Assembly (NCBI GenBank): GCA_040220235.1
Contig: JAVJTO010000039.1
Source: Coleofasciculus sp. B1-GNL1-01
Lineage (GTDB): Bacteria > Cyanobacteriota > Cyanobacteriia > Cyanobacteriales > Coleofasciculaceae
Reading direction: 5' to 3' (one strand)
DNA length: 64,000 nt
In this document: positions 54,452 through 64,000 of the stretch, piece after piece
Layout: each line of letters opens with the position of its first letter
How positions within the stretch are numbered: the first letter of the stretch is position 1
Notes under the pieces: model-generated
The model's input: only the letters and a program-made list of their open reading frames with translations
The model's database searches: none
What the model was told of the DNA's origin: nothing
Position numbers and translations under genes: made by a program

Positions 54452-57343
54452 TTAGGGACTTTCAACCGGAAGTAACTCTCGGAACTCCCAATAACCAAGT
54501 TCACCTAAGCGGTTGATCAGTTCTACAGCAGTTTGTTTAGCTTGATCATTACTGCTTTCAATAGCAGCAGATAGAATAATCTTCGCCTCCTCGCGATAAC
54601 CATAGATATGCCAAGCATTTTTGGCTGTTTCGATCTCGATCATAAGACTAAGACACTCGATGACTGACTGTGGTATTTTAGGAGCCAGTGTAGCTAAACG
54701 CTCAGATATCAGGAATTCCTCGACTTGAACACCCAGTTTAAGAACTTCTGCAAGCTGCTCAACTGCCCAAGTCTCATTAAACTTCCCAGAATTAAACCAC
54801 CAGCCAAAGGCAGCAAGTTCATGAGTATGTGAAGCAGGTTCGGTACGTGCTGTATCGAGGCGCTGTTGCCAAAGTAATTGAATTCGATTGAGTATGTCTG
54901 GTTCTATCGCCTCTTTCGTCTGATGCAAGCTTCGCCCTACGCATTCAAGAGCGTATCCACAAAGAGCATCAGGTGCTTTTGCGTAAAACTGCGCCAGTAA
55001 ACCTTCGGGTTCATTGAGATTGATCGTTCCCCGCCAGTAGAGAGTCATTAAGTGCTGAGCGAGACCTTCTTCTGAATGACTCAGTTGTTGGTTTTGATGT
55101 TTCGCGGTGTCGATTTTTTCAATTGCATTGTTGTATTCTTGATGCAGTACATCAAAGACATTATTATACACGGAGCAATAGGTAATATAGCTTTCCCAAG
55201 CCGAATCCCATAGGTGAGATAAAGCCTCATCTGCTGGAAAAATTTTACTCACATTCTGACTCGCCCAGTCTGAATCAAGTAAAACTAGCCAAGGAAACCA
55301 CTGACCATATACTGAACGAATTGCCTGTGATGGCTCATAATCTGGATCGAGATGTTCATCAAGTATTTGTCGAACTTCTGGCATTTCATTAAAACCCTGT
55401 GCAATTCGCTCGGCACTATCAGGCATTTGCTCAAAATGTCGTCGAATCCAGAGTGCGTAACGTACTACAGTATGCATTGCCGCACCGCGAACTGTATTCA
55501 GGGACAGTGTAGTGAAATCCCTATTTGATCTATTTTCCTGCGCTTCGTCTTCAGGAGTCGGGTTTGGATCTTGAGTAAGCCGTTTCAGAATGTTCCAAAC
55601 ATCGCCACGCAGGTTAAAGGGAATTTGCTGCTTCTGTTGATCAGTAAAACCGACTCTCAGCAAATCAGTAACTTCTTTATTGGCTGTACGCCAATAATGA
55701 TCAAATTCATGATCAATTTTCTCCTGATCACCAGCCTGATGAGATTCTTCCACTAACCAATAGCAGAGACGCAAAACAGATAACCAGGGAAATTCTCTCA
55801 ATTTGTCGTGTTGGTTAATTAAGGCATTTTCTAATCCACCCAGCAGACTGTATCCATATCTGGGATGTAAATCTTGGAATTGTTCTGCCAACCGTGCATA
55901 TTTTTCAGGATTTTTTTCAGCAAATCATCTGACAACTGACTCCAATCCTGCATAGGAGGGTTCATCAAATGGGTTATTAGAGTTGGGCTTCCAGGCTTTC
56001 AGAAAAGAGATTAGATCGTCGATACTCATAGAGTCCAATTCGGATTCAGTCTTAGGACTCTGAGTACCTAATATTCTGACCTCACCTATTCCACCAAAAA
56101 CAATTTGGGAAAGTTCAACAGTACCAAATTCTTGAACTAGCTGCTGATATCGCTGTTGCCACTGGGTAGGCAGACTATCTTTAAAGGGCGTTAGCTTGTG
56201 TAACTGCCAATATCTCAGCCGTTTCGCTTTTTCTTCTGGATTTTTTAGCAAAGTCCAGTCATGCTCAGGATTTTTAATCCAACTCAGAATCTTATCTTGT
56301 TCCTCTTTAGGTAAATCACCAAAATAGTCTTTGGCTAAATGAACATACTCATAATCCTCCCAAACAGTCCTATCACTAAACCGCTTCTGGTCTACTAATC
56401 TTTCAATCAAAAGATTACTGTCTGCGTCTGCAAACTTACGAATTAAGTAAAGAGCGATGCGATAAAAAACCCGCCAGTGATACTTTTCCAGCAGATCCAC
56501 AATTGAACGTAATTTTGATGGGTCGCTGTGGAGGATTGTATCGGCAGCATCTCGGACGGCAATCACTAAAAAATGTCTAACCCCGTAAGGAGAATTTCGA
56601 GGATGTTCCTCAATCACAGGTTGCCAGTAAATTGATTTATCTTCCCAAAAGTAAGAGTTGTCTTGTTGTTCTTCTCTTGTTCCAGATGGTCGTGAAAATT
56701 CTACTGTATCAGAGAGCAGACTGCAAAGTAGTTTCTTCAATACCTTTTCACCTGCTACTGACACCAATTCTGGCACGTACTTTTCGAGAATCTGTTTATA
56801 TTGCCAGTGACTAATGCGTGTTTTGGGTTCGGCACGATAATATCTCTGGGTTGCACCTGCATCCTGATTATTCAAGCTAGGTTCTGGCATTAGAGCAAGC
56901 AGTGACTTAGCAAGCCCCAGTGCTTTTTCGACTTCATCTCCCTTGGCAAGATGCACCACTAGGGAAGCAACTTGCTCGGAATCAAGATAATAGTCTGACA
57001 AATTTAGAGATTCTAACCATTCCTTAACTTTAGGCACTAGCTTGACTGCGATTTCAGGAGGCATTTGAAGTGCCGCCTCTATAAAATCTTCACACATCCT
57101 AAAATTATCAGTTTCTATGTTAAGTCCAATGTTTAGAACAGCATCCGGTTCATATTTAGCCATTCGTGCCAAATACCGAGACTCTGACGCAAGTGGATTT
57201 TTGAAGAACCCTTTTTTCTGTAGTGGCTCAATCCACTTCGGATTTTCAAGGCGGTTGAAAAAGTAATTTCGTTGCTGAGAATGAATCAGCAAGGCTACAG
57301 CTTTATCAACTTGTTCGGGAGTTGATTTGTTCCAGGATGTCAT
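54452..57343 (-). pseudogene. Large alpha-helical hypothetical protein (~960 aa) with one in-frame TGA at 55925-55927
   Basis: ORFs 55925-57391 and 54452-55891 share a frame (..ESVVR*FAEKNPEKYARLAEQ..); likely start ATG 57343. Confidence 0.75.
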
Positions 57344-58061
57344 CGAGTTTATCTGTAGTGCTGTAAAAACTTTGGGTGCGGGCGCATTCAATTAGAAACG
57401 ACTCGAACAGTTCAAACTTAGACTGGAGTTCCTGCTCGTTGCGGTTTGCCTCATCTGTATCAACTTTACCCTTATCATGGGTTTGATCCATGAACCACTT
57501 GGTTACATCCCGCCAATGCTTGGCTATGGGATGTAATGCTTCTGGGGAAGATTGCTTCGTCGGAATACATTTTTCAAAAAAAACTATGGCTTTCTCTCTA
57601 TTGTTAAGACGTACTTGCTGATGTTTTTGAAGCAGTTGTTGGATTGCTAAAAATAGTTTTTGGGGAACAGAGATATCAGGAGAGAGAGGAGGTAAGCTAC
57701 CTGAACTGTTCATTTGGCTATCTGGAACAGTTTGAGTCAGACTAAATCCACAACCTTGCCAGCTCTCTAAAAGTCTATCTACTTCTTTCGTGTATTCCAG
57801 TCTTTTATGACCATTACCACTGGAAATATAATCAGGTAAACGATTACGAATTTCTCTCACAGCATGAGCCACAAAGCGTAATTTACCAGGAATAGGTTGT
57901 TCAAACACTAAACAGACTGCACCTTCATAAAGTTGAGCTAGAGGCGGAGCTTGCTCCTGCAACCATTCAAGTATTTTCAGACGAGCATTTGTCCAGTGTG
58001 TTGATAGCTCTGGTGGTAAATTATCTAGGTTAGGAGTTGGTTGTTTACGGTTAAGTTCCAC
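57306..58061 (-). CDS. Hypothetical protein, weakly resembling pPIWI-associated nuclease/HEPN-like helical domains
   Basis: LYEGA..RFVAHAVREIRNRLP..WF...H; GTG start; family call tentative. Confidence 0.6.
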   Translation of the reverse strand: MELNRKQPTPNLDNLPPELSTHWTNARLKILEWLQEQAPPLAQLYEGAVCLVFEQPIPGKLRFVAHAVREIRNRLPDYISSGNGHKRLEYTKEVDRLLESWQGCGFSLTQTVPDSQMNSSGSLPPLSPDISVPQKLFLAIQQLLQKHQQVRLNNREKAIVFFEKCIPTKQSSPEALHPIAKHWRDVTKWFMDQTHDKGKVDTDEANRNEQELQSKFELFESFLIECARTQSFYSTTDKLDDILEQINSRTS

Positions 58062-58252
58062 AACTGCCTTAAAAAATTAATCCCAATGCTTATTTCTTTA
58101 ATTATAGTGATGATCAACAGGTCAGTGCCAATAGCACTTTTGATTAACTCCGCGTTCCCGTAAGGTGGGCAATCGCACAGAATGATAGTATGAGCCTTTC
58201 CAGGTTAATAACTCTTGCCCACCCTACCTAAAATTGACGGCTTTCAATTCGG

Positions 58253-58355
58253 TAAGCTGTTATGCATTTAAATTGGGTATTAGTAGCGAGCAAGATGCTC
58301 GCACTACAAGGCTTTCGCCGTTATTGATATTAAGGTTTAAATGCCGAACAGCTTA
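58253..58355. mobile_element. Complete ~100-bp MITE-like element with an internal REP palindrome
   Basis: TAAGCTGTTATGCATTTAAA...TTTAAATGCCGAACAGCTTA; internal GTAGCGAGCAAGATGCTCGCACTAC. Confidence 0.75.
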
Positions 58356-58397
58356 AATTGATATTCTGGCTATACAAGTCAGCAAACTTTAACCGAA

Positions 58398-58943
58398 CTA
58401 ACGTTTAAACCGTTTACGTCGAGTACGACGCCGCAAGACTTGTGCTAACACAGTAGCGTCCCGTTCAGCTTTGAATAAATCCACCGATCGCGTCGTCAGT
58501 AGAAATGCACCCGATGGTTTGTACTGCACCAAAGGTAACTTCGTGATCTGATATTCACAGATGTTAGGAATAATCGCCTGTGTTGACGAATGCTGTACCT
58601 GGTGGAGTGTTTTCCAATCCGTATTAACTTGTGACGCGATCGCTTTGAGTTCTAACAACGCCCCTTCTAGTTCTGTCGATAATCGATTGATATGAGACGC
58701 TTGAGACTCTAACCGTTTCCAGCCGTCTCTAGTTCGTTGTTGTAGCATCCGCACAGACGATTGAAATTCAAAGGATAAAGGCGGTTGAGACTTTACGGGT
58801 TGAGGGGGTGCCTTGATTGCCTTTCGGGGAACTGGGTAAGGGGAACGGTAACGCCTGCGAGGTGGCTTTTTTAAGACGCGAGGGGGTTGACGCTGCATGA
58901 ACTGGGAACGCAGGAATTGAAGTCCGGCTTGCAGTGTTTTCAT
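58398..58943 (-). CDS. Hypothetical protein
   Basis: ORF with coiled coil HINRLSTELE..ELKAIA; ATG 58943 preferred. Confidence 0.7.
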   Translation of the reverse strand: MKTLQAGLQFLRSQFMQRQPPRVLKKPPRRRYRSPYPVPRKAIKAPPQPVKSQPPLSFEFQSSVRMLQQRTRDGWKRLESQASHINRLSTELEGALLELKAIASQVNTDWKTLHQVQHSSTQAIIPNICEYQITKLPLVQYKPSGAFLLTTRSVDLFKAERDATVLAQVLRRRTRRKRFKR

Positions 58944-59347
58944 GAGGATCACGCTGTAATTTGGTACAAATGTACTATATTGAGCGTGAAATAGCAAGCT
59001 CTCCTCAATAAAGAACGCTACAACGAAGAATCCCCCCTTTTACTAGAAAAGAGGGGACTCCCAAGGAATATTTCTTCAAAGATAGAGAGTTCAGTTAGTG
59101 CTTCTGTATAGGATTCGCTGGTTGAATAAGTGAGTTGAATTTACCAGCACTTTTATAGTAAGCCCCTAATTAGCGGGTTGACAATAAAAATCGGTCAATT
59201 TTACAAAAACTTTATAGATCTCTCGATCAGCTTTATCAGAACTTAATATTTCAGGTCATCTGATATTTACAATGAGGGCGACTAGGGGAACATCCTCAAA
59301 GCGAATGTACGTCCCTGCCGCCCTTGTGGTTATGAAAAGAGAAAGGA

Positions 59348-60571
59348 TTACGGTGCTAAAGCGTTTCCGCGTAACAGACTACCAATCGTCTTGGCAGTAA
59401 TTTTGAGCTGCACTAAAGGATTAGCAGGCACAACCGTTTTGTACAAGTAACTGTCAAACGTGAGTCGCTGCACATCTAGATCTGAACACATTTCCACAAA
59501 CGCTTCACGAGTCGCATCGGAGCGATAGAAGACCGTTTGCAGAATATCCAGCACCTTGTAGGTGATGCCATACTTCTTATCCCAACGCTTGAGATACAGC
59601 TTGAGATCCGCTTCCGTAGGAATGCGAGTTCCGCCATTGGAAGTTTCCACAATGGTTTCGGCGCACATCCGCGCTGATTTTGCCGCAAAGTAAATCCCTT
59701 CACCCGACGATTTCGTCACCGTTCCCGCTGCGTCTCCAACTAAAGCCACCCGACCCACGACTCGGCGAGGTCTGGGATGCTCTGGAATTGGGTGTGCCTC
59801 AACTTTGATGATTTCACCACCGACAAGTTTCTTGGCGGCACGAGCGCGAATCCCTGCTTGTAGCTTTTTAATTTTGGCTTGGTTCACCTTCATCGTCCCC
59901 GTACCAACGGCAACGTGGTCGTATTTGGGGAAAACCCAAGCGTAGAAGTCAGGAGAAACGTCGTTACCTACATACATTTCTGCCAGGTCTTCATAATAGT
60001 TCATCATGTCCCCTGGCAGGCGAATCCGCTCTTGGAACGCGATCGCATAATTGTAGTCCCCGGCGTCAATTGCCTTAGCCACGCGGGAATTCGCGCCATC
60101 AGCACCAATCACTAGGTCTACTTTCAGGGTTTTTTGTACACCACTGAGACTTCCGTCGGAATGGTCAGCGTAGTGCAGGGTATAGGGTTCTGTATTACTT
60201 GTGGGAATATCGAGTTTATGAACAGTGCCATTAATTAAAGTTGCGCCCAGATTGGCAGCGCGGTTCCGCATGAAGCCATCCAGGATTTCCCGGCGGCACA
60301 TACCAATATATTCGTCTTCGTTTTCTAGGTTGATATCCACCTCTATATTCGATGGCGAGATCATCTTCATCTTTCTGACTCGCCGATCAATAATTTCAGG
60401 TGGCAGGTCAAATTCACTAACCATACAGAGCGGAATGGCTCCGCCACAGGGTTTAGCATTGTCTAGCTTACGCTCAAACAAGTAGGTTTCGATTCCAGCT
60501 TTTGCTAGAGTCTCTGCGGCAGACGAGCCAGCAGGTCCTGAACCAACAACCGCAACCCTTAGTGCAGGCAT
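59348..60571 (-). CDS. chlP: Geranylgeranyl reductase
   Basis: VAVVGSGPAG, KPCGGAIP, GDAAG.V..SSGEGIYFA; start set at ATG 60571. Confidence 0.96.
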   Translation of the reverse strand: MPALRVAVVGSGPAGSSAAETLAKAGIETYLFERKLDNAKPCGGAIPLCMVSEFDLPPEIIDRRVRKMKMISPSNIEVDINLENEDEYIGMCRREILDGFMRNRAANLGATLINGTVHKLDIPTSNTEPYTLHYADHSDGSLSGVQKTLKVDLVIGADGANSRVAKAIDAGDYNYAIAFQERIRLPGDMMNYYEDLAEMYVGNDVSPDFYAWVFPKYDHVAVGTGTMKVNQAKIKKLQAGIRARAAKKLVGGEIIKVEAHPIPEHPRPRRVVGRVALVGDAAGTVTKSSGEGIYFAAKSARMCAETIVETSNGGTRIPTEADLKLYLKRWDKKYGITYKVLDILQTVFYRSDATREAFVEMCSDLDVQRLTFDSYLYKTVVPANPLVQLKITAKTIGSLLRGNALAP

Positions 60572-60784
60572 TTTTTCTCCCAATCGTTTTCGAGGTACGG
60601 ATTGCATGGTATCACGGACATTTAGCGATTTCATCCGCAATGTGCGATCGCGGCTCAATTTGAAATACAGCTTAACAATTGTCTTAATAAAGCTTAATAT
60701 GTTGTCCGTTGTCCTTGGTCTTATATCCCAGGAAAGCTATCTGCATCGTTACAATTAGGACAACTGTTCACTACTTCTACTGAT

Positions 60785-61084
60785 ATGTCAGCACCACCCT
60801 TGTCACCAAAACCGACAAGACAAATACTGGTATGTCAGCACCGTACTTGCCGCAAACAAGGTGCAGCTAAAGTCTTGGCAGCATTTCAGGCTTTACCTGT
60901 TAATGGAGTTACAGTTAGCGGTAGCCGTTGTCTGGGAGAATGTGGCAATGGTCCGATGGTCGTGGTTTTACCTGAAGAAACATGGTACTGTCGAGTTCAC
61001 CCCGATGAAGTTCCCGCCGTAGTACAACGACATATCAAAGACGGACAACCTGTGAAGGCAATGCTTTATCAGAAGTATCATTGA
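60785..61084 (+). CDS. Thioredoxin-like [2Fe-2S] ferredoxin
   Basis: CQHRTC..CLGECGNGP.V..WY. Confidence 0.9.
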   Translation: MSAPPLSPKPTRQILVCQHRTCRKQGAAKVLAAFQALPVNGVTVSGSRCLGECGNGPMVVVLPEETWYCRVHPDEVPAVVQRHIKDGQPVKAMLYQKYH

Positions 61085-61193
61085 CCTTTGTAGGTTGGGT
61101 TGACGAAGGAAACCCAACTCCAAGATCAGCCTGTTGGGTAAATAGCGGTTTCGAGAAGGGCAGAATGAAATAAGGGCGGGTTTTGTTGAAAGG

Positions 61194-62604
61194 TTATTGG
61201 TAGGATACAACAATTAAAGGGTGACATCCTCCTACACGCTCCCCTACGGGTACAGTGTAGGCTTCTTTTGTCGTAGTCTTACGACTACGCTTCCGGCGTT
61301 TTATAGTGGGGAATATGCCCAGCCCCACTTTCTTGATGTTAATCGCTGCATTCCAGTCTCTGTCCAGAATTAATCCGCATAAACATTCGTGTATTCGGAC
61401 AGATAAATCTTTTTCTTGATAACGATTACAGCAAGAACATATCTGGCTTGTATCATGGGGTTTAACTTTCACCACCGACTTACCAGCTTTCGCAGCTAAG
61501 TAGCGTGAGAATTGAAAGGAATTGACTCCAGCCAGCATCATTGATCGACTTGTTTAAGCCTGATTTGGCACTCTGACCATTGGGTAAATATTTTCCATTT
61601 TCATCCTGCTTGGGTTTGTTTTTCCGGGATAAGTTTCCCGGCTTGATGTCCTCGACAAAGAATACCTGCTCGTCCCGACTCACCAGTTTTGTGGCTGACT
61701 CGTAATGAAACTGTTTCCGCTTGCGCTGCAACCTCTGGTGGTGTTTCGATATCTTTTTCGCCAACCTCCGCCGTGATGCTGATTGATGAGGTTTACTATC
61801 TTTGCGATTAGCTAGCTTTGCCAGCTTTGACTCAGACTTACGGTAGTGTTGCTGAATTGGCTCTACCTCACCATCTGATGCCGTCCAGAACTTCTCTAGT
61901 CCTACATCTAACCCAAGGGAATTCTTTTCCGTTGCTTCTATTTCTGGTGATTTTAGGCTAGGAACGGTCTTGTCCTCTAAGGTTAAGCAGATATACCAAC
62001 CATCGGCACGACGCGACACCAGTGCCGCTTTAATAGTGAACCCTTCTGGGATTGGGCGATGATAGATAAGCTTAACCTGACCGATTTTGGGCAGGTTTAT
62101 ATAAGCGATATCGCGCCGCGTGTCACCATTTTTGCGCCGATGAGGATTAGGAGCAACACTTAGGCAATCTGGTTTTAATTGGGGAATCGAAAATGTTCGG
62201 TATCGCCGCAGCGACTTAAACCGAGGTTTTCCACTTCGCTTACCATTTGAATCACCTGCAACAAAACGATTAAACGCATCCTCTACTCGCTTAATCGCCT
62301 CTTGAATTACCTGTGAGTGAACTCCCTTGTATAGGTGCTTAAAAGCTTCCCTTGACCAATGGGTAGCCCGTTTCTGTGAGTAATAGGTTGGCGGGCCTTT
62401 AAGTTCTGGTAAATGGGTGACAAAAATTGAGCAAGCATTGACTGGGCGGCGGTTACACTCCCACCAGTTAAACCTTTCCTCTAGCATCAGATTATGTATC
62501 CGGCATAGTTTGTGCAGCCAGTTGTTTAGCTGGCAATCCTGTTGTTTGTCCGGCACAATCCGATACTGGTAATTCAACTTAAACCTGTCTTTGCTTCGCT
62601 TCAA
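61194..62604 (-). pseudogene. tnpB: TnpB RNA-guided endonuclease with a 1-bp frameshift near 61504
   Basis: HTH, RuvC GLDVG / FVEDI / DRDWNAA, zinc ribbon; split over two frames. Confidence 0.9.
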
Positions 62605-62731
62605 TTTTTATCACCTCCCTTGCATTTTATTATAACACCTGCAAACCCAATAATCAGGTAGAAATAAACTTTTAATACTGGCGATTAATCCCACGCTCAA
62701 TCAAAGATTAGAGCGTGGGGCTTCTCGCCGG
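61221..62731 (-). mobile_element. IS200/IS605-family (IS1341-type, tnpB only) element
   Basis: Subterminal hairpins (62690-62719; ~61232-61262), each preceded by GAAG on the minus strand; right end TCAC at 61221; left end inferred. Confidence 0.78.
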
Positions 62732-62748
62732 GTTAGCTAAACCCGCCC

Positions 62749-63810
62749 CTACTGACTCCCCTGGTATTCGTGGGTTAAAAAGGGAACATCCACAACTTCA
62801 CCCTCAATCTCTCCCACCTTAACCTTAAGCCCAACACCCCCAGCTTTAGTGCGGATATAGGCTAAACCGATGCAACCGTGTTCCGTTGGCGTACAACTGG
62901 TTAACTTGCCGACTTTTTCCCCATCCATGGTGATTACGGTTCCCGGTTCCACAGGTGCTGGTAAACGCACTCCCCACAATTGTTGCTTGACGCCTTTGTA
63001 AGTATTTAATCGCGCGATCGTTTCCTGACCGATATAACATCCTTTATCAAAGGAAATCGTATTCCACAACCCCGCTTCTAGGGGATTATAATCCTCTGTT
63101 AGTTCATAATCAGGAAGCGGACGTCCTTGTTCAATTCGCAACTGTTGCCATACGCGATCGCCCATTGGTGTAGCATTGGCTGTAGTTAAGGTTTGCCATA
63201 ACTTTGCTGCATCGCTGGTGGGAACAATAAGGGTATATCCGGGGAGTGCTAAACCACTTCCTCTAGCAATTCGCACTTCAATATCATTTAGCGTCAGGTG
63301 TTGATGACTAGCATACGCCTCACCAATCGACAACTGCACACCTGCCTTGCTCAAAAGGGTATCACTTTCGGGTCCAACTAGGCTAAAAATAGCACTATCC
63401 TGGGAGATATCCGCCAATTCCACCCGATCCATGGGAAAGATATAGCGATCCAGCCATTCGAGTAACTGTTGACGCCGATTGGGAGATACCAACAGTAATA
63501 CCGCCTCTTCAGTGACGTAAGCGGTTACCAGATCAATAGTACGGGCAGTTGAGGTCACAAAAACTGTATCACATCCCTGTCCCGGTTTCAGGTTCTGGAA
63601 ATCATTGGTACTTTGATTATGCAAAAAGCGCAGTCTATCCTCATCAGAGATTTTCAGCAATCCCCAATGGGATAAGTCAACTAAAGCCACCCCTTGACGC
63701 GCGGCTTGGATGGCGGCTGCATCATTCCCGAAACTGGTTGGCGCTTGCACCTGGGCTGGATCAAAGGTTGCTCCTGCACTACGCTGTATCTCTTGTAAGG
63801 TTTGGCTCAT
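62749..63810 (-). CDS. ygfZ: YgfZ/GcvT-like folate-binding protein
   Basis: KGCYIGQE signature; DLSHWG, FLHNQST. Confidence 0.92.
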   Translation of the reverse strand: MSQTLQEIQRSAGATFDPAQVQAPTSFGNDAAAIQAARQGVALVDLSHWGLLKISDEDRLRFLHNQSTNDFQNLKPGQGCDTVFVTSTARTIDLVTAYVTEEAVLLLVSPNRRQQLLEWLDRYIFPMDRVELADISQDSAIFSLVGPESDTLLSKAGVQLSIGEAYASHQHLTLNDIEVRIARGSGLALPGYTLIVPTSDAAKLWQTLTTANATPMGDRVWQQLRIEQGRPLPDYELTEDYNPLEAGLWNTISFDKGCYIGQETIARLNTYKGVKQQLWGVRLPAPVEPGTVITMDGEKVGKLTSCTPTEHGCIGLAYIRTKAGGVGLKVKVGEIEGEVVDVPFLTHEYQGSQ

Positions 63811-64000
63811 ACGTCAAATCCTGTGGTTAACCCAATACGGCTTGGTTAATCAAAATTGTAGAGTAAAAGATGAACAGGGAAAACAGTTGTGGGCAATTTG
63901 AAAGAAATCAACCGCTAAACCTTTTTCTGTGCTTGCAAGTGAGTAACTAGATGATGTATTGTTGTTGATGGGTTATTACTTTCTGATAATTGCTTTTCTA

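Noticed and set aside
55925..55927. Selenocysteine or recoded TGA
   Set aside because: No redox motif or evident SECIS; other genes use TGA as stop; nonsense mutation or sequencing error is more likely

Overview
This 64 kb window looks like the chromosome of a filamentous cyanobacterium (chlL/chlN/chlP, cyanoexosortase A, frequent HIP1 GCGATCGC, dense STRR/REP/MITE repeats). Housekeeping genes include a clpC paralog, dxr, ilvE, nadA, gcvH/gcvP, chlLN, chlP and ygfZ. Accessory material comprises: (1) an N4-C-type methyltransferase with an apparently internally deleted endonuclease; (2) a stop-interrupted CHAT-NTPase-TPR (NLR-like) gene with 12 near-identical 120-bp repeats that vary at fixed codons; (3) toxin-antitoxin modules; (4) a cyanoexosortase A/PEP-CTERM locus; (5) a Menshen-like three-gene defence operon; (6) an uncharacterised overlapping two-gene module; (7) a frameshifted TnpB element. 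The best candidate for an undescribed system is 32190-33448: a small helical protein of unknown function, followed directly by 13 non-coding 21/22-bp mini-hairpin repeats and bracketed by two copies of a ~110-bp structured leader. All family names come from motif recognition by eye; no database searches were run.
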